Assembly (NCBI GenBank): GCA_963771375.1
Contig: CAVYTW010000010.1
Span: 90,284 to 154,283 of the forward strand
Direction of reading: 5' to 3'
Length of the DNA stretch: 64,000 nucleotides
DNA from: an uncultured Chloroflexia bacterium
GTDB taxonomy: Bacteria > Chloroflexota > Anaerolineae > Anaerolineales > Villigracilaceae
The notes under the pieces were generated by a model. The model was not told the origin of the DNA. It was given only the letters and a program-made list of their open reading frames with translations, and did no database searches. Every line of letters begins with the position of its first letter. Within the stretch, counting starts at the first letter, position 1. Below are positions 38,799 through 48,562 of the stretch, piece by piece. The translations under genes and the position numbers were made by a program.

Positions 38799-39176
38799 TT
38801 AATGCGTTCGCTCCGCGCAGTACTTTTCGTATGCCGCGGAATCCATCGCATCGCCAGCATCACCGTTTTCAATCTTGACCATCCAGCCCGCGCCATACGG
38901 ATCGCTGTTCAGGATTTCAGGCTTTTCGGATAAGGCTTTATTGACGGCGGCCACTTTCCCTGTTGCTGACGCATAAATTTCCGCCGAAGCCTTAACGGAT
39001 TCGACCGAAGCGATTGGGCTTCCGATTTCAATAGTCTCGCCCGCGTCGACCAGAATCTCAACGAAAACGATATCCGAAAGTTGCGACTGGGCGTAATCAC
39101 TCAAGCCCATCGCGCCGCTGGATGGATCGAACCATTCATCGGACTTTGTATACTTTAGGTTGGATGGAATATTCAT
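38799..39176 (-). CDS. gcvH: Glycine cleavage system H protein
   Basis: Trimmed to the ATG at 39176 (MNIPSNLKYTKSDEWF...). Lipoyl-Lys motif 'ASVESVKASAEIYA'. The longer ORF start would lie inside the riboswitch terminator. Confidence 0.95.
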   Translation of the reverse strand: MNIPSNLKYTKSDEWFDPSSGAMGLSDYAQSQLSDIVFVEILVDAGETIEIGSPIASVESVKASAEIYASATGKVAAVNKALSEKPEILNSDPYGAGWMVKIENGDAGDAMDSAAYEKYCAERTH

Positions 39177-39210
39177 GGTATGGATCTCCTCATCGAATTG
39201 GATTTGGCAA

Positions 39211-39430
39211 ATTAAAAAGGACACGCAATTCTTATATCGCGTGTCCTCTGTAAATAGACCTGAGAGATTCATCCTTTGTAAAAAAGGATTTGCACCGTCG
39301 GCGTCTCAAATGAGACTTTCCAGAGAAATACGGGAAGGGGTCCTTTTGCCTGAGAGTTTCGTCTGGTTTCGCATGTTTTCCAGACTTGCACCTTCGGCGT
39401 TCCGTTCTACATGGAATCTCTTCCCTGCAA
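39211..39430 (-). promoter_or_regulatory. Tandem glycine riboswitch (two aptamers) with intrinsic terminator
   Basis: Minus strand, aptamer 1: 'gcaGGGAAGAGattcc...CGCCGAAGGTGCAAgtc...CTCTCAGGCAAAAGGACc'. Aptamer 2: 'CTCTGGAAAGtctc...CGCCGACGGTGCAAatc...CTCTCAGGTctatttACAGAGGAC'. Then hairpin GGACACGC...GCGTGTCC (39219..39246) plus TTTTT. Confidence 0.88.
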
Positions 39431-39449
39431 CCCGTTTATTTGTGAGCCT

Positions 39450-39478
39450 ATTGTATGGGGCATGGAAAGGGAAGTCAA
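39450..39478 (-). promoter_or_regulatory. Sigma-70-like promoter for the glycine-riboswitch/gcv operon
   Basis: Minus strand: TTGACT (39478..39473), 17 nt, TACAAT (39455..39450), about 20 nt upstream of aptamer 1. Confidence 0.5.
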
Positions 39479-39512
39479 GAGGAAGAAACTACTTTCTTTG
39501 CCAATGCCAATT

Positions 39513-39542
39513 AAAAAGCCTGCTGATTTCAGCAGGCTTTTT
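39513..39542. terminator. Bidirectional intrinsic terminator (after the DUF4870 gene)
   Basis: 'AAAAAGCCTGCTG attt CAGCAGGCTTTTT', a perfect stem with A- and T-tracts on either side. Confidence 0.75.
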
Positions 39543-39565
39543 GTTGAACTTGGATTCAGGTTTCT

Positions 39566-39910
39566 TTACCAGCCTTGGTTCTTGACGAAATCCGATATAA
39601 CCGGGATGTTGATGTATTTTCCCTGATAGGCCTGAATGCCCCAGTAAATATTGAGCAAGAAGCCAAGTAACCCAATGCATGCGCCAATTACAACGAAGCT
39701 GAGAAGGATAGATACGACATATAACACGACACCCCAAGCCAGTGCCTGCATATTGTGGGCCTTGATGAATGGGCGATCCTTTTTATCAGGCATTAGCAGA
39801 ATGATAATCGGAACGAGTGGTGTAAAGATATATGTGAGCAACGCCCATAGCTTATCATCGCTGGTGGCGTCGGTGGATACAGGTGCTTGAGACATGGGTG
39901 CTTGAGACAT
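39566..39910 (-). CDS. DUF4870-domain membrane protein
   Basis: 'DDKLWALLTYIFTPLVPIIILLM...KDRPFIKAHNMQALAW' plus 3 TM helices. The N-terminus has a duplicated 'MSQAP' pentapeptide. Confidence 0.7.
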   Translation of the reverse strand: MSQAPMSQAPVSTDATSDDKLWALLTYIFTPLVPIIILLMPDKKDRPFIKAHNMQALAWGVVLYVVSILLSFVVIGACIGLLGFLLNIYWGIQAYQGKYINIPVISDFVKNQGW

Positions 39911-40025
39911 AGTTTACTCCTCTTCTGACTTTGGTTTTAGGTTTCGAGTTATTCTACAACTAAATCAACCAAAAAGCAACCGAACTAGGGGACGCCAAAG
40001 GTACTACTGTGCTAAAATCCACTTA

Positions 40026-40933
40026 ATGACAAAAATTGTATTCATGGGCTCGCCTGATTTTGCTGTTCCAACCTTGCGCGTCTTGGCGGCGCACTATGAG
40101 ATGGCTGGCGTCGTTACGCAACCGGACCGAGAGTCGGGGCGCGGACACTTGCTCAAATCGCCTCCGATCAAAATGCTTGCGGATGAACTTGGATTGAATG
40201 TAATTCAGCCGGAAAAATTACGCGCGCCTGAAGCGATAAATCAACTGCGCCTCTGGAATCCCGACCTGATCGTGGTCGCCGCGTTTGGACAGATTCTCAA
40301 ACCTGACGTCCTCGCCTTGCCTCCACATGGTTGTATCAACGTACATGCTTCATTGTTGCCGCGCTGGCGCGGCGCCGCGCCTCTTCAAGCCGCGATTTTG
40401 GCGGGCGATGGTGAAACCGGCGTGACCATCATGAGCATGGATCAAGGTGTGGATACCGGTGCGATGATTAATCAGCGCACCATAAAAATGGAAGATGACG
40501 ATAGTGCTGGATCACTATCTGAAAAATTATCATCCCTTGGAGCGGATTTGCTGATTGAAACTTTGCCGCGATATTTGTCGGGTGAACTTAATCCGCAACC
40601 ACAGGATGAAAGTAAAGCGACGTATGCGCCAATGTTAAGAAAGAAAATGGCTTGCTTGATTTCAAGAAGCCGCTTGAGGAACTCGTTCGAGGCGTGCGCG
40701 CCTTCAATCCGTGGCCGGGCGCGTACTTCGAGTGGAACGGTGGAATGTTAAAGATTCATCGCGCACATGCCGAGGAAGGCAACGTGCCAGAGGGGCAGAG
40801 GCTGGTTTATCGAGGTCAGCCCGGGGTCGGCGCGCGAGGCGGGCTTCTCATCCTGGATGAAGTGCAACCCGCTGGAAAAAAATCCATGAGCGGTAAGGCG
40901 TTCTTGCTCGGCGCTCGCAATTGGCCTGACTAA
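40026..40933 (+). pseudogene. fmt: Methionyl-tRNA formyltransferase; 1-nt deletion in an A-run near 40635..40645
   Basis: ORF 40026..40751: 'IVFMGSPDFAVPTL...VVTQPDR..GRG...INVHASLLPRWRGAAPLQAAIL'. ORF 40652..40933 (-1 frame): '(KENG)LLDFKKPLEELVRGVRAFNPWPGAY'. Reading 'ttaaag' instead of 'ttaag' restores 'APMLKKENGLLDF'. Confidence 0.9.
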
Positions 40934-41146
40934 ATAAATCCGGATGATGCATTATGTCAATAAAGGCCGTATTGTGCATGCCATGCTTGGACGCCACAGC
41001 GTTTTGGGGTCAGCGAAGAGTTGGACGCAAGATGTTATACTTGGAGCAGCGCGTGCGCAGATTTGCAGAAAGAAAAGCACGGGGTCCGGCTTTGAAGCGG
41101 AGAACTGTGCATCTAAGAATTCCTCTCTTTTGGTAAAATCAATCCG

Positions 41147-42070
41147 ATGAATTGCTCAGTGGTCGTACCTGTTTATCGCGGCGAGGCTACTATCAGTGCG
41201 CTGGTGGAAAGCCTTGCATTGGAATTGCCGAAGATCGCTGAATCGTATGAAGCGATTCTTGTCAACGATAGCAGTCCTGATTCAAGCTGGGAGAGAATAG
41301 AGGAATTAGCGCGCCGTTTTCCGTGGGTGGTTGGGATTAATTTGATGCGGAATTATGGACAGCATAATGCAACGTTATGCGGCGTGCGAGCCGCACGTTA
41401 TGAGATCACAGTCACGATGGATGATGATCTCCAGCATCCGCCCAAGGAAATATCCGTTTTGGCGGCTGAGCTTGAAAAAGGATTCGATGTGGTCTACGGC
41501 GCGCCGCGTACCTTGCCCAATGGCTTTTGGCGCAATCAGGTAACCAAATATACCAAATGGCTGTTAGCGCAGGTCATGGGCATCCCATCGGTGCAAAACA
41601 TCTCCGCGTTCCGCGCCTTTCGGTCTCACTTGCGTGAGGCATTTGTCAACTTTCAAAGCCCGAGTTTGACCCTCGATGTTTTGCTTTCATGGGGAACGAG
41701 CCGCTTCACCTCTGTGACAGTGGATATTGATCGGTCAGATCGAGAATCAAACTATAACTTTGCCTCATTGATCCGGCAGGCGATCTTGATTCTCACTGGT
41801 TTCAGCACCACGCCACTGCGCCTGACAAGCTGGCTGGGATTTGTGATGACATTATTTGGTATGGGTGTTTTTGTCTACGTGTTGGCCGTGTACTTCACGC
41901 AAGGAAGCTTACCGGGCTTTCCCTTCCTTGCCTCCCTGGTCGCGTTGCTCAACGGCACGGAATTACTAGCCATGGGAATCTTCGGCGAATATCTGGCGCG
42001 CGTCTTTGAACGCAGTGTGGACCGACCGACGTACGTTGTGCGCGAACAAATTGGCGGAGAGGCTAAATGA
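41147..42070 (+). CDS. GT2 polyprenyl-phosphate glycosyltransferase (ArnC/GtrB-like, two C-terminal TM helices)
   Basis: 'SVVVPVYRGE...VNDSSPDSSW...NYGQHNATLCGVRAA...VTMDDDLQHPP' and a C-terminal membrane anchor. Confidence 0.85.
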   Translation: MNCSVVVPVYRGEATISALVESLALELPKIAESYEAILVNDSSPDSSWERIEELARRFPWVVGINLMRNYGQHNATLCGVRAARYEITVTMDDDLQHPPKEISVLAAELEKGFDVVYGAPRTLPNGFWRNQVTKYTKWLLAQVMGIPSVQNISAFRAFRSHLREAFVNFQSPSLTLDVLLSWGTSRFTSVTVDIDRSDRESNYNFASLIRQAILILTGFSTTPLRLTSWLGFVMTLFGMGVFVYVLAVYFTQGSLPGFPFLASLVALLNGTELLAMGIFGEYLARVFERSVDRPTYVVREQIGGEAK

Positions 42071-42768
42071 ATGTGGTGATTTTCCAGCCATCCTATATTC
42101 CATGGCGCGGTTATTTCGACGAGATCCGCCGCGCCGATTTGTTTGTGTTTTACGATGATGTGCAGTACGATAAACGCGGCTGGCGCAACCGCAATCAGGT
42201 CAAAACGCCGCGCGGTAAACAGTGGCTGACCATCCCCGTCTTTAGCCGGGGCGCGCAAACCGAACACATTCCCATCAATCAAATCCGCATCGTATGGGAT
42301 AGCGCGTGGAACCTCGATCATTTGAAGTCGCTTCAATACGCATACGGCAAGACACCGTATTTCGAAACGTATCTTCCAATGATGGAACAGTTTTATAGTC
42401 GCCATGACGACTTCTTAGCCGACTTCACCATCGCATTTACGGTTGCGCTGACGCGCGAACTGGGAAATGAGCATACACACTTCATGCGCTCCTCTGAGCT
42501 GGACGGGATTGATGGACAGAAGACCGACCGTCTCATCCAGATTTTGAAGCGGGTCGACGCGACGCATTATATCAGCGGGCCATCGGCGCGGGATTACATC
42601 GAAGGCGAGAAATTCGCGGCGGCGAACATCTCGCTGGAATACATGGAATACGATTACCCGGAATATCCGCAGTTGTATCCGCCATATGACCCGTTTGTCA
42701 GTATTCTGGACTTGTTGTTCATGGTTGGGCCTGACGCCGGCAAATATTTTGAAAAAGGAAAACAATGA
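42067..42768 (+). CDS. WbqC-family protein
   Basis: 'VVIFQPSYIPWRGYFDEIRRADLFVFYDDVQYDKRGWRNRNQVKT..GKQWLTIPV' is the WbqC-like signature as I recall it. 4-nt overlaps on both sides. Confidence 0.75.
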   Translation: MNVVIFQPSYIPWRGYFDEIRRADLFVFYDDVQYDKRGWRNRNQVKTPRGKQWLTIPVFSRGAQTEHIPINQIRIVWDSAWNLDHLKSLQYAYGKTPYFETYLPMMEQFYSRHDDFLADFTIAFTVALTRELGNEHTHFMRSSELDGIDGQKTDRLIQILKRVDATHYISGPSARDYIEGEKFAAANISLEYMEYDYPEYPQLYPPYDPFVSILDLLFMVGPDAGKYFEKGKQ

Positions 42769-43388
42769 ACGACATTTCCAATCTGGATCACGTAAAATCC
42801 TATTTTGATAAGCGCATTCAGGAGCATGGAGCTTCGGCGCGCGGCGCCGATTGGAACGGGAACGAATCTCAAAATACGCGCTTCGATCAATTGCTTAAGA
42901 TCATCGAGGCACCGTCGTTCTCCATTCTTGATTATGGCTGTGGCTCGGGCGCGTTGGCAGATTATCTTACGGAGAAAGGCTTTCATGCCGAGTATCATGG
43001 CTTTGATATTCTGGAAAGCGCGATCGAAGTTGCGCGAAAAATGCACGCAAATCACTCGGGTTGTACATTCTACGGCGATAAAGATAAACTCCCTGTTTGC
43101 GATTATGTCGTCGCGAGCGGCATCTTCAATTTCCGCGGCGCGCGGTCATTTGAAGATTGGACGAATTATGTCATCGGTGTGCTTCATCATTTCAACGAAT
43201 TGAGCCGCAAAGGATTCGCCAGCAACTTCTTGACCGGATATTCCGATGCCGATAAAATGCGCACCGATCTTTATTACGCCGATCCACTTTCCCTTTTCGA
43301 CTATTGCAAACGCAATTTCTCGAAGAATATTGCTCTGCTTCACGATTATCGTCTTTATGATTTTACTATTCTAGTCCGCAAGGATTGA
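42765..43388 (+). CDS. Class I SAM-dependent methyltransferase
   Basis: Motif I 'ILDYGCGSGALADYL' and motif II 'YDYVVASGIF'. Confidence 0.75.
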   Translation: MNDISNLDHVKSYFDKRIQEHGASARGADWNGNESQNTRFDQLLKIIEAPSFSILDYGCGSGALADYLTEKGFHAEYHGFDILESAIEVARKMHANHSGCTFYGDKDKLPVCDYVVASGIFNFRGARSFEDWTNYVIGVLHHFNELSRKGFASNFLTGYSDADKMRTDLYYADPLSLFDYCKRNFSKNIALLHDYRLYDFTILVRKD

Positions 43389-43389
43389 T

Positions 43390-44532
43390 ATGAACGAAAA
43401 TCCTCGCATTGATTTTAATCGTCCCGTTCCCGTTGGCAAGGAACTCGAATATATCGCGCAAGCTGTCCAAAGCGGACACATTTCTGGTGATGGTCCCTTT
43501 ACCAAGAAATGCAATGCCTTGCTTGAGCAGGAACTCGGTGTGCCGAAGGTTTTATTGACCACTTCATGCACGCACGCGCTGGATATGTCCGCCATTCTTT
43601 TGGATATTCAGCCGGGCGATGAAGTGATCATTCCTGACTTCACTTTTGTCTCGACCGTGAACGCGTTTGTCTTGCGCGGTGCCAAGCCGGTCTTCATTGA
43701 CGTTCGAGCGGATACCCTTAATTTGGATGAATCCAAGCTTGATGTTTTGATCACGCCACGCACGAAAGCGATTGTCCCCGTTCATTATGCGGGCGTGGGC
43801 TGCGAAATGGACAAGATTCTTGCGGTTGCATATTCGCATGGAATCGAAATCGTTGAAGATAACGCGCATGGCTTATTTGGAAAATACAAAGGCAAATATC
43901 TTGGGACGTTCGGCGCGTTGGCGGCTCAATCCTTCCACGAGACAAAGAACTTCAGCAGTGGCGAGGGTGGCGCATTGCTGGTCAATGATCCGGCGTTGGC
44001 GGAGCGCGCCGAGATCATCCGTGAAAAAGGCACAAACCGAGCTCGCTTCTTCCGCGGCCAAATCGATAAATATACATGGGTGGATATCGGTTCTTCATTC
44101 CTGCCCTCCGACATTCTTGCGGCGTACCTTTATGGACAACTGGAACAACGCGAAAGAATCCAAAGTCATCGCAAGAATCTTTGGCATACTTATCTAACTG
44201 GTCTAAAAGATTGGGCGGATCAGCATGATGTTCAACTCCCGACTTTGCCGGAATATTGTGAGCAGTCGTATCATATGTTTTATCTGCTGATGCCGAATCT
44301 CGATGTGCGGCAAAGACTCATCATGTATCTGCGCGAGCGCGGCATTTACAGTGTCTTTCATTACCTGCCTCTGCATCTTTCCGATATGGGACGCGCCTTT
44401 GGCGGACATGAAGGCGATTGCCCTGTCACTGAGCGTGTCAGTGATCAACTCATCCGTTTGCCGTTCCATAATGTGTTGACTGGTACGGACCAAGAGCAAG
44501 TGATCGAAGCGATTTTGGAATTCAAATTCTGA
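43390..44532 (+). CDS. DegT/DnrJ/EryC1-family dTDP-4-keto-6-deoxyhexose aminotransferase (WecE/RffA-like)
   Basis: '[32 protein letters not shown]...[12 protein letters not shown]...[12 protein letters not shown]...[16 protein letters not shown]' (PLP-Lys). Confidence 0.85.
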   Translation: MNENPRIDFNRPVPVGKELEYIAQAVQSGHISGDGPFTKKCNALLEQELGVPKVLLTTSCTHALDMSAILLDIQPGDEVIIPDFTFVSTVNAFVLRGAKPVFIDVRADTLNLDESKLDVLITPRTKAIVPVHYAGVGCEMDKILAVAYSHGIEIVEDNAHGLFGKYKGKYLGTFGALAAQSFHETKNFSSGEGGALLVNDPALAERAEIIREKGTNRARFFRGQIDKYTWVDIGSSFLPSDILAAYLYGQLEQRERIQSHRKNLWHTYLTGLKDWADQHDVQLPTLPEYCEQSYHMFYLLMPNLDVRQRLIMYLRERGIYSVFHYLPLHLSDMGRAFGGHEGDCPVTERVSDQLIRLPFHNVLTGTDQEQVIEAILEFKF

Positions 44533-45592
44533 TGCAAAACGTTCTGGTTACCGGCGGCGCGGGATTTATCGGCTCGAACTTTGTGCGTTATTTGCTGAAA
44601 GCCGAGCCGCAGGTTCGCGTCATCAACCTCGACGCGTTGACCTATGCCGGTAGTCTCGAAAATCTAAAAGATTTGCCGGACGAATCGCGGCATACATTTA
44701 TCCACGGCGATATATGTGATGATAAGTTGATCGCTAAAATTTTTAGTGAAAATAGAGTTGATACCATTGTTCACTTCGCCGCCGAGTCGCATGTGGATCG
44801 TTCCATCCTCGGACCCGCGCCGTTCATCCAGACGAATATCGTCGGGACGTTTATGCTTCTCGAAGCCGCGCGGCAGGCTTGGGCTGAGGAAAGAAGCGGA
44901 AAGAGATTCCATCATGTTTCGACGGATGAAGTCTTTGGCTCATTGAATCCAAACGATTTGCGTTTACAGAGTTGACACCTTATGAACCGCGTTCGCCATA
45001 CTCCGCATCGAAAGCGTCATCGGATCATTTAGTGCGCGCTTATTTTCATACGTATGGTTTACCTGTCACAATTACGAATTGCTCAAACAATTATGGTCCG
45101 TATCAATTTCCTGAAAAGTTAATTCCGTTGATGATCTTGAATGCGTTGCGAGGAAAACCACTGCCGGTTTATGGCGATGGCAAACAGATCCGCGATTGGC
45201 TTTATGTGGAAGATCACTGCGAAGCGATTTATCTCGTTTTGAAAACGGGCAAGCCCGGTGAAACGTATAATATCGGCGGCGGCAATCAACCTTTTAACAT
45301 TGACCTTGTGCATGAACTTTGTTCCGTCCTCGATCAACTCAAACCAACTTCAGCATCATATGAAGATTTGATCACGTATGTTCCGGATCGTCCGGGACAT
45401 GATCGCCGTTATGCGATGGACATCACGAAGATTCGAAACGAATTGGGATGGAGTCCGAAATACGATATCGAAAGCGGTTTGCGCGAAACGGTGAAATGGT
45501 ATCTCGATCACATGAATTGGGTCGAAGCGATTATGAAGCAGGAAAATTTCAGCGACTGGCTTGAACAAAATTACGCGCGGAGGGGAAGATGA
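44532..45592 (+). pseudogene. rfbB: dTDP-glucose 4,6-dehydratase; frame broken at a T3 run near 44955..44960
   Basis: ORF 44532..44975: '[15 protein letters not shown]...[11 protein letters not shown]...[15 protein letters not shown]'. ORF 44972..45592 (-1 frame) read upstream: '[29 protein letters not shown]' (YxxxK). Confidence 0.9.
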
Positions 45593-46464
45593 AAGGCATC
45601 ATTCTCGCGGGCGGACGCGGCACGCGTCTTTATCCGTTGACGCTGGGCGTGAGCAAACAAATCCTACCGGTTTATAACAAGCCCATGATTTATTATCCGC
45701 TTTCGATGCTGATTCTGGCCGGTATTCGAGAAATTTTGATCATCAGCTCGCCCGAAGATTTGCTACCATTTCAGCGTTTGCTTGGCGACGGAAAGAAATG
45801 GGGAGTTTCATTTTCCTATGCCGAGCAGTCTGAGCCGCGCGGACTCGCTGAAGCCTTTATCATCGGAAAAGATTTTATCGGAAGCGATGCGGCCTGTTTG
45901 ATTCTCGGCGATAATATTTTCTTCGGTACAGGTCTCTGGGATTATCTTCGTGAAGCTGCGGCGTTGAAGGAGGGCGCGCGAGTTTTTGCATATCCCGTGC
46001 GTGATCCGCGAAATTATGGCGTGATCGAATTCGATGCGGATGGTAAAGCGCTCAGCCTCGAGGAGAAACCGGATCATCCGCGTTCGAACTTTGCGGTGCC
46101 TGGATTATATTTTTATGATAACCGCGTGGTGGACTTTGCCGCGCATCTCAAGCCTTCTCTGCGTGGTGAACTTGAGATCACCGATATCAATCATATCTAT
46201 CTGGACCGGGGCCTGTTGCGCGTTCAACAACTTGGACGCGGTATCGCCTGGCTCGATGCCGGAACGCACGAGACGCTTTTGCAAGCTGCCAATTTTGTCC
46301 AGACCGTCGAAGAGCGGCAGGGACTGATGATTGGTTGTCCCGAAGAAGTGGCATATCGCGTCGGCTTTATCACGCGCCAGCAGTTGATCGACTTAGCTTT
46401 GCCGCTTAAACAGAATAGCTATGGGGATTATTTACTAAAACTCGCTGACGAACCTAATAGCTAG
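45589..46464 (+). CDS. rfbA: Glucose-1-phosphate thymidylyltransferase
   Basis: '[39 protein letters not shown]...LILGDNIF...WLDAGTHE'. Confidence 0.95.
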   Translation: MKGIILAGGRGTRLYPLTLGVSKQILPVYNKPMIYYPLSMLILAGIREILIISSPEDLLPFQRLLGDGKKWGVSFSYAEQSEPRGLAEAFIIGKDFIGSDAACLILGDNIFFGTGLWDYLREAAALKEGARVFAYPVRDPRNYGVIEFDADGKALSLEEKPDHPRSNFAVPGLYFYDNRVVDFAAHLKPSLRGELEITDINHIYLDRGLLRVQQLGRGIAWLDAGTHETLLQAANFVQTVEERQGLMIGCPEEVAYRVGFITRQQLIDLALPLKQNSYGDYLLKLADEPNS

Positions 46465-46515
46465 TGTAGCTCGATAGAAAACCATCATTACTCTAATTTC
46501 TCTTCCACTTCCTTC

Positions 46516-46559
46516 TTGACTATTTATATAAACTTGTTTATAATACAAACTAGTTTATA
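46516..46559 (+). promoter_or_regulatory. Consensus-like promoter overlapped by a 13-nt-arm inverted repeat (candidate operator)
   Basis: TTGACT (46516..46521), 17 nt, TATAAT (46539..46544). The inverted repeat is 'tataaacttgttt' (46527..46539) / 'aaactagtttata' (46547..46559), 12 of 13 complementary and spanning the -10. Confidence 0.55.
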
Positions 46560-46571
46560 AAAGGAGAAAGA

Positions 46572-47621
46572 ATGGATGTGAAAATTGATACCGCGCTGAA
46601 ACGCGCTCGCGGCTATTGGTTCATAGACGGATTCACCGAAATGGCCGCAGGCGGATTGTTTGTCATCCTGGCCGGGATTCTCCTTTTCAGCGGATTTGTG
46701 CCGCAGGCGTCATTCCCCGGCTGGTTCCTATCGGTCACAAGTGAAATTGTCATTGCAAAGCTGATCGGCATCCTCGTAGCCATTCTGATCTTATGGTGGC
46801 TGAAGGATCATATTACTTATCCGCGCACTGGCTTCGTGAGAGGCAAACGGGTTACAGTGACGCAACTACTCGTCATCATCAGGAATGCCATTCTGTTTCT
46901 CTTCCTTCCGATACTTGCACTGTTAGCCGCTTTCCTGCTCATCACCACAGCACGCAATGTTTTAGCCTCCATGCCAGCCTGGTTCCCTGTTGGACTAGGC
47001 TTGATATGGGGAGGAGTGTATTTGCTGGCGGGTGAATGGATGGGATTACATCGCTTCCGTTTGTTGGCAGTCATGATGGTTCTGATGGGAATCGCGATTG
47101 GCACCTGGCAGTTTACGATAGGCTTGCCAACTTTTCCATCCAATATACAAGCAGGAATTTTCCAGCCTATTATGTTGGAAACTATCTACCGAATTTTGGT
47201 CAGTCTCGGCTTCCTTATCCTAATCTCTGGCGTCACTTTGATGATCTCAGGCCTCGTGACTTTCCTGCGCTATCGTAAAGAAAATCCGACCCCTTATGCG
47301 GAGGAAATCATGAGCAGCTCACTTCAGGATCTCTCCGGGTTGGACCGCGTGATCCACGAGCCCGCGCGTCTAATGCTGGTGGCATTGCTGTCTTCAGTCG
47401 AATCGGCAGACTTCCTATTCCTGCTCAAAGAAAGCGGCCTGACTAAAGGAAACCTATCTGTGCATCTATCGCGGCTTGAAGAAGCCGGCTACCTGCGGGT
47501 GGATAAGACCTTCCAAGGGAAAATCCCGCATACTGAATACAGCCTTACGGCCAAGGGGAAAACCGCCTTCAACGAATATAGAAAAAAACTTGATCCAATC
47601 ATTCGGCGGCCGCGTCGCTAA
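46572..47621 (+). CDS. Polytopic membrane domain fused to a C-terminal winged-helix (HTH_34/MarR-like) DNA-binding domain
   Basis: About 250 aa with 6 or more TM helices, then 'LDRVIHEPARLMLVALLSSVESADFLFLLKESGLTKGNLSVHLSRLEEAGYLRVDKTFQGKIPHTEYSLTAKGKTAF'. Confidence 0.7.
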   Translation: MDVKIDTALKRARGYWFIDGFTEMAAGGLFVILAGILLFSGFVPQASFPGWFLSVTSEIVIAKLIGILVAILILWWLKDHITYPRTGFVRGKRVTVTQLLVIIRNAILFLFLPILALLAAFLLITTARNVLASMPAWFPVGLGLIWGGVYLLAGEWMGLHRFRLLAVMMVLMGIAIGTWQFTIGLPTFPSNIQAGIFQPIMLETIYRILVSLGFLILISGVTLMISGLVTFLRYRKENPTPYAEEIMSSSLQDLSGLDRVIHEPARLMLVALLSSVESADFLFLLKESGLTKGNLSVHLSRLEEAGYLRVDKTFQGKIPHTEYSLTAKGKTAFNEYRKKLDPIIRRPRR

Positions 47622-47629
47622 GTCAAGAA

Positions 47630-48562
47630 ATGGATATCAAGATGAATTGGTCTATTGAAACAGAGAATCTTGGAAAGTGCTACGGCGATGTGAGAGCCGT
47701 TGGGCATCTTTCTTTGCGGGTTGCTGAAGGAGAAATCTACGCTTTTCTTGGCCTGAATGGTGCGGGGAAAACAACTACCATCCGAATGTTGCTCGGGATG
47801 ATCAAGCCTACCACAGGATATGCCAAAGTGCTCAATACCACAGTGCAGCTTGGCAGTCGCAAACCTTGGGAATCAGTTGGATATCTAGTGGAGATACCTC
47901 GTTGCTATCCGGAATTATCCGTGTATGAAAATCTGGAGGTTGCGCGTCGTTTGCATCCGGGCACGCCGCGAAAGTCTGTAACTCAAATCATCGAACGTCT
48001 GGGATTGTCTGTTTACGCGGATCGGCGTGCAGGCACTCTTTCCCAAGGCAATGCACAACGGCTTGGATTGGCGAAAGCTCTCTTGCACAATCCGAAACTG
48101 ATTTTTTTAGATGAGCCAGCCAATGGCTTGGATCCGGCCGGGATCGTTGAAATCCGCGAACTGTTATTGGAATTGACTCACGAACAAGGTGTGACGGTCT
48201 TCATGTCAAGCCATATCTTGGCTGAAGTCTCGCGTCTGGCTCAGCGGATTGGAATCATTCATAAAGGGAATTTGATTCAAGAATTGAATATGGATGAACT
48301 GGAGCGGAATCGAAAGAGGCGGCTCTTGTTGCGAACACGGGATGTTGAGTCCGCTAAACGGTCCCTGATGAACGCTGGTCGCGTTCCCGAAATCCTACCT
48401 GACGGGACAATTGAACTTGAAGATGCAGCTTCGGTCAAGCATCCGGACGATATCAATAGTCTCTTGGTCAATGCTGGAACATCGCCGACTCAGTTGATGG
48501 TTGAGGAAGAGGAATTGGAGCAATATTTTCTCAGGCTGGTTGGAATGAATGAAGGAACGTAA
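47630..48562 (+). CDS. ABC transporter ATP-binding protein (ABC-2/bacitracin-type exporter subfamily)
   Basis: 'GLNGAGKTTT', 'LSQGNAQRLGLAKAL', 'LIFLDEPANGLDP'. An alternative start is the ATG at 47642. Confidence 0.85.
   Translation: MDIKMNWSIETENLGKCYGDVRAVGHLSLRVAEGEIYAFLGLNGAGKTTTIRMLLGMIKPTTGYAKVLNTTVQLGSRKPWESVGYLVEIPRCYPELSVYENLEVARRLHPGTPRKSVTQIIERLGLSVYADRRAGTLSQGNAQRLGLAKALLHNPKLIFLDEPANGLDPAGIVEIRELLLELTHEQGVTVFMSSHILAEVSRLAQRIGIIHKGNLIQELNMDELERNRKRRLLLRTRDVESAKRSLMNAGRVPEILPDGTIELEDAASVKHPDDINSLLVNAGTSPTQLMVEEEELEQYFLRLVGMNEGT

Noticed and set aside
40934..41146. ORFs 40944..41150(+) and 40954..41136(+) in the gap between fmt and the GT2 gene
   Set aside because: They overlap each other in different frames, have no RBS or recognisable family, and have basic low-complexity composition. 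I treat the region as intergenic or promoter.
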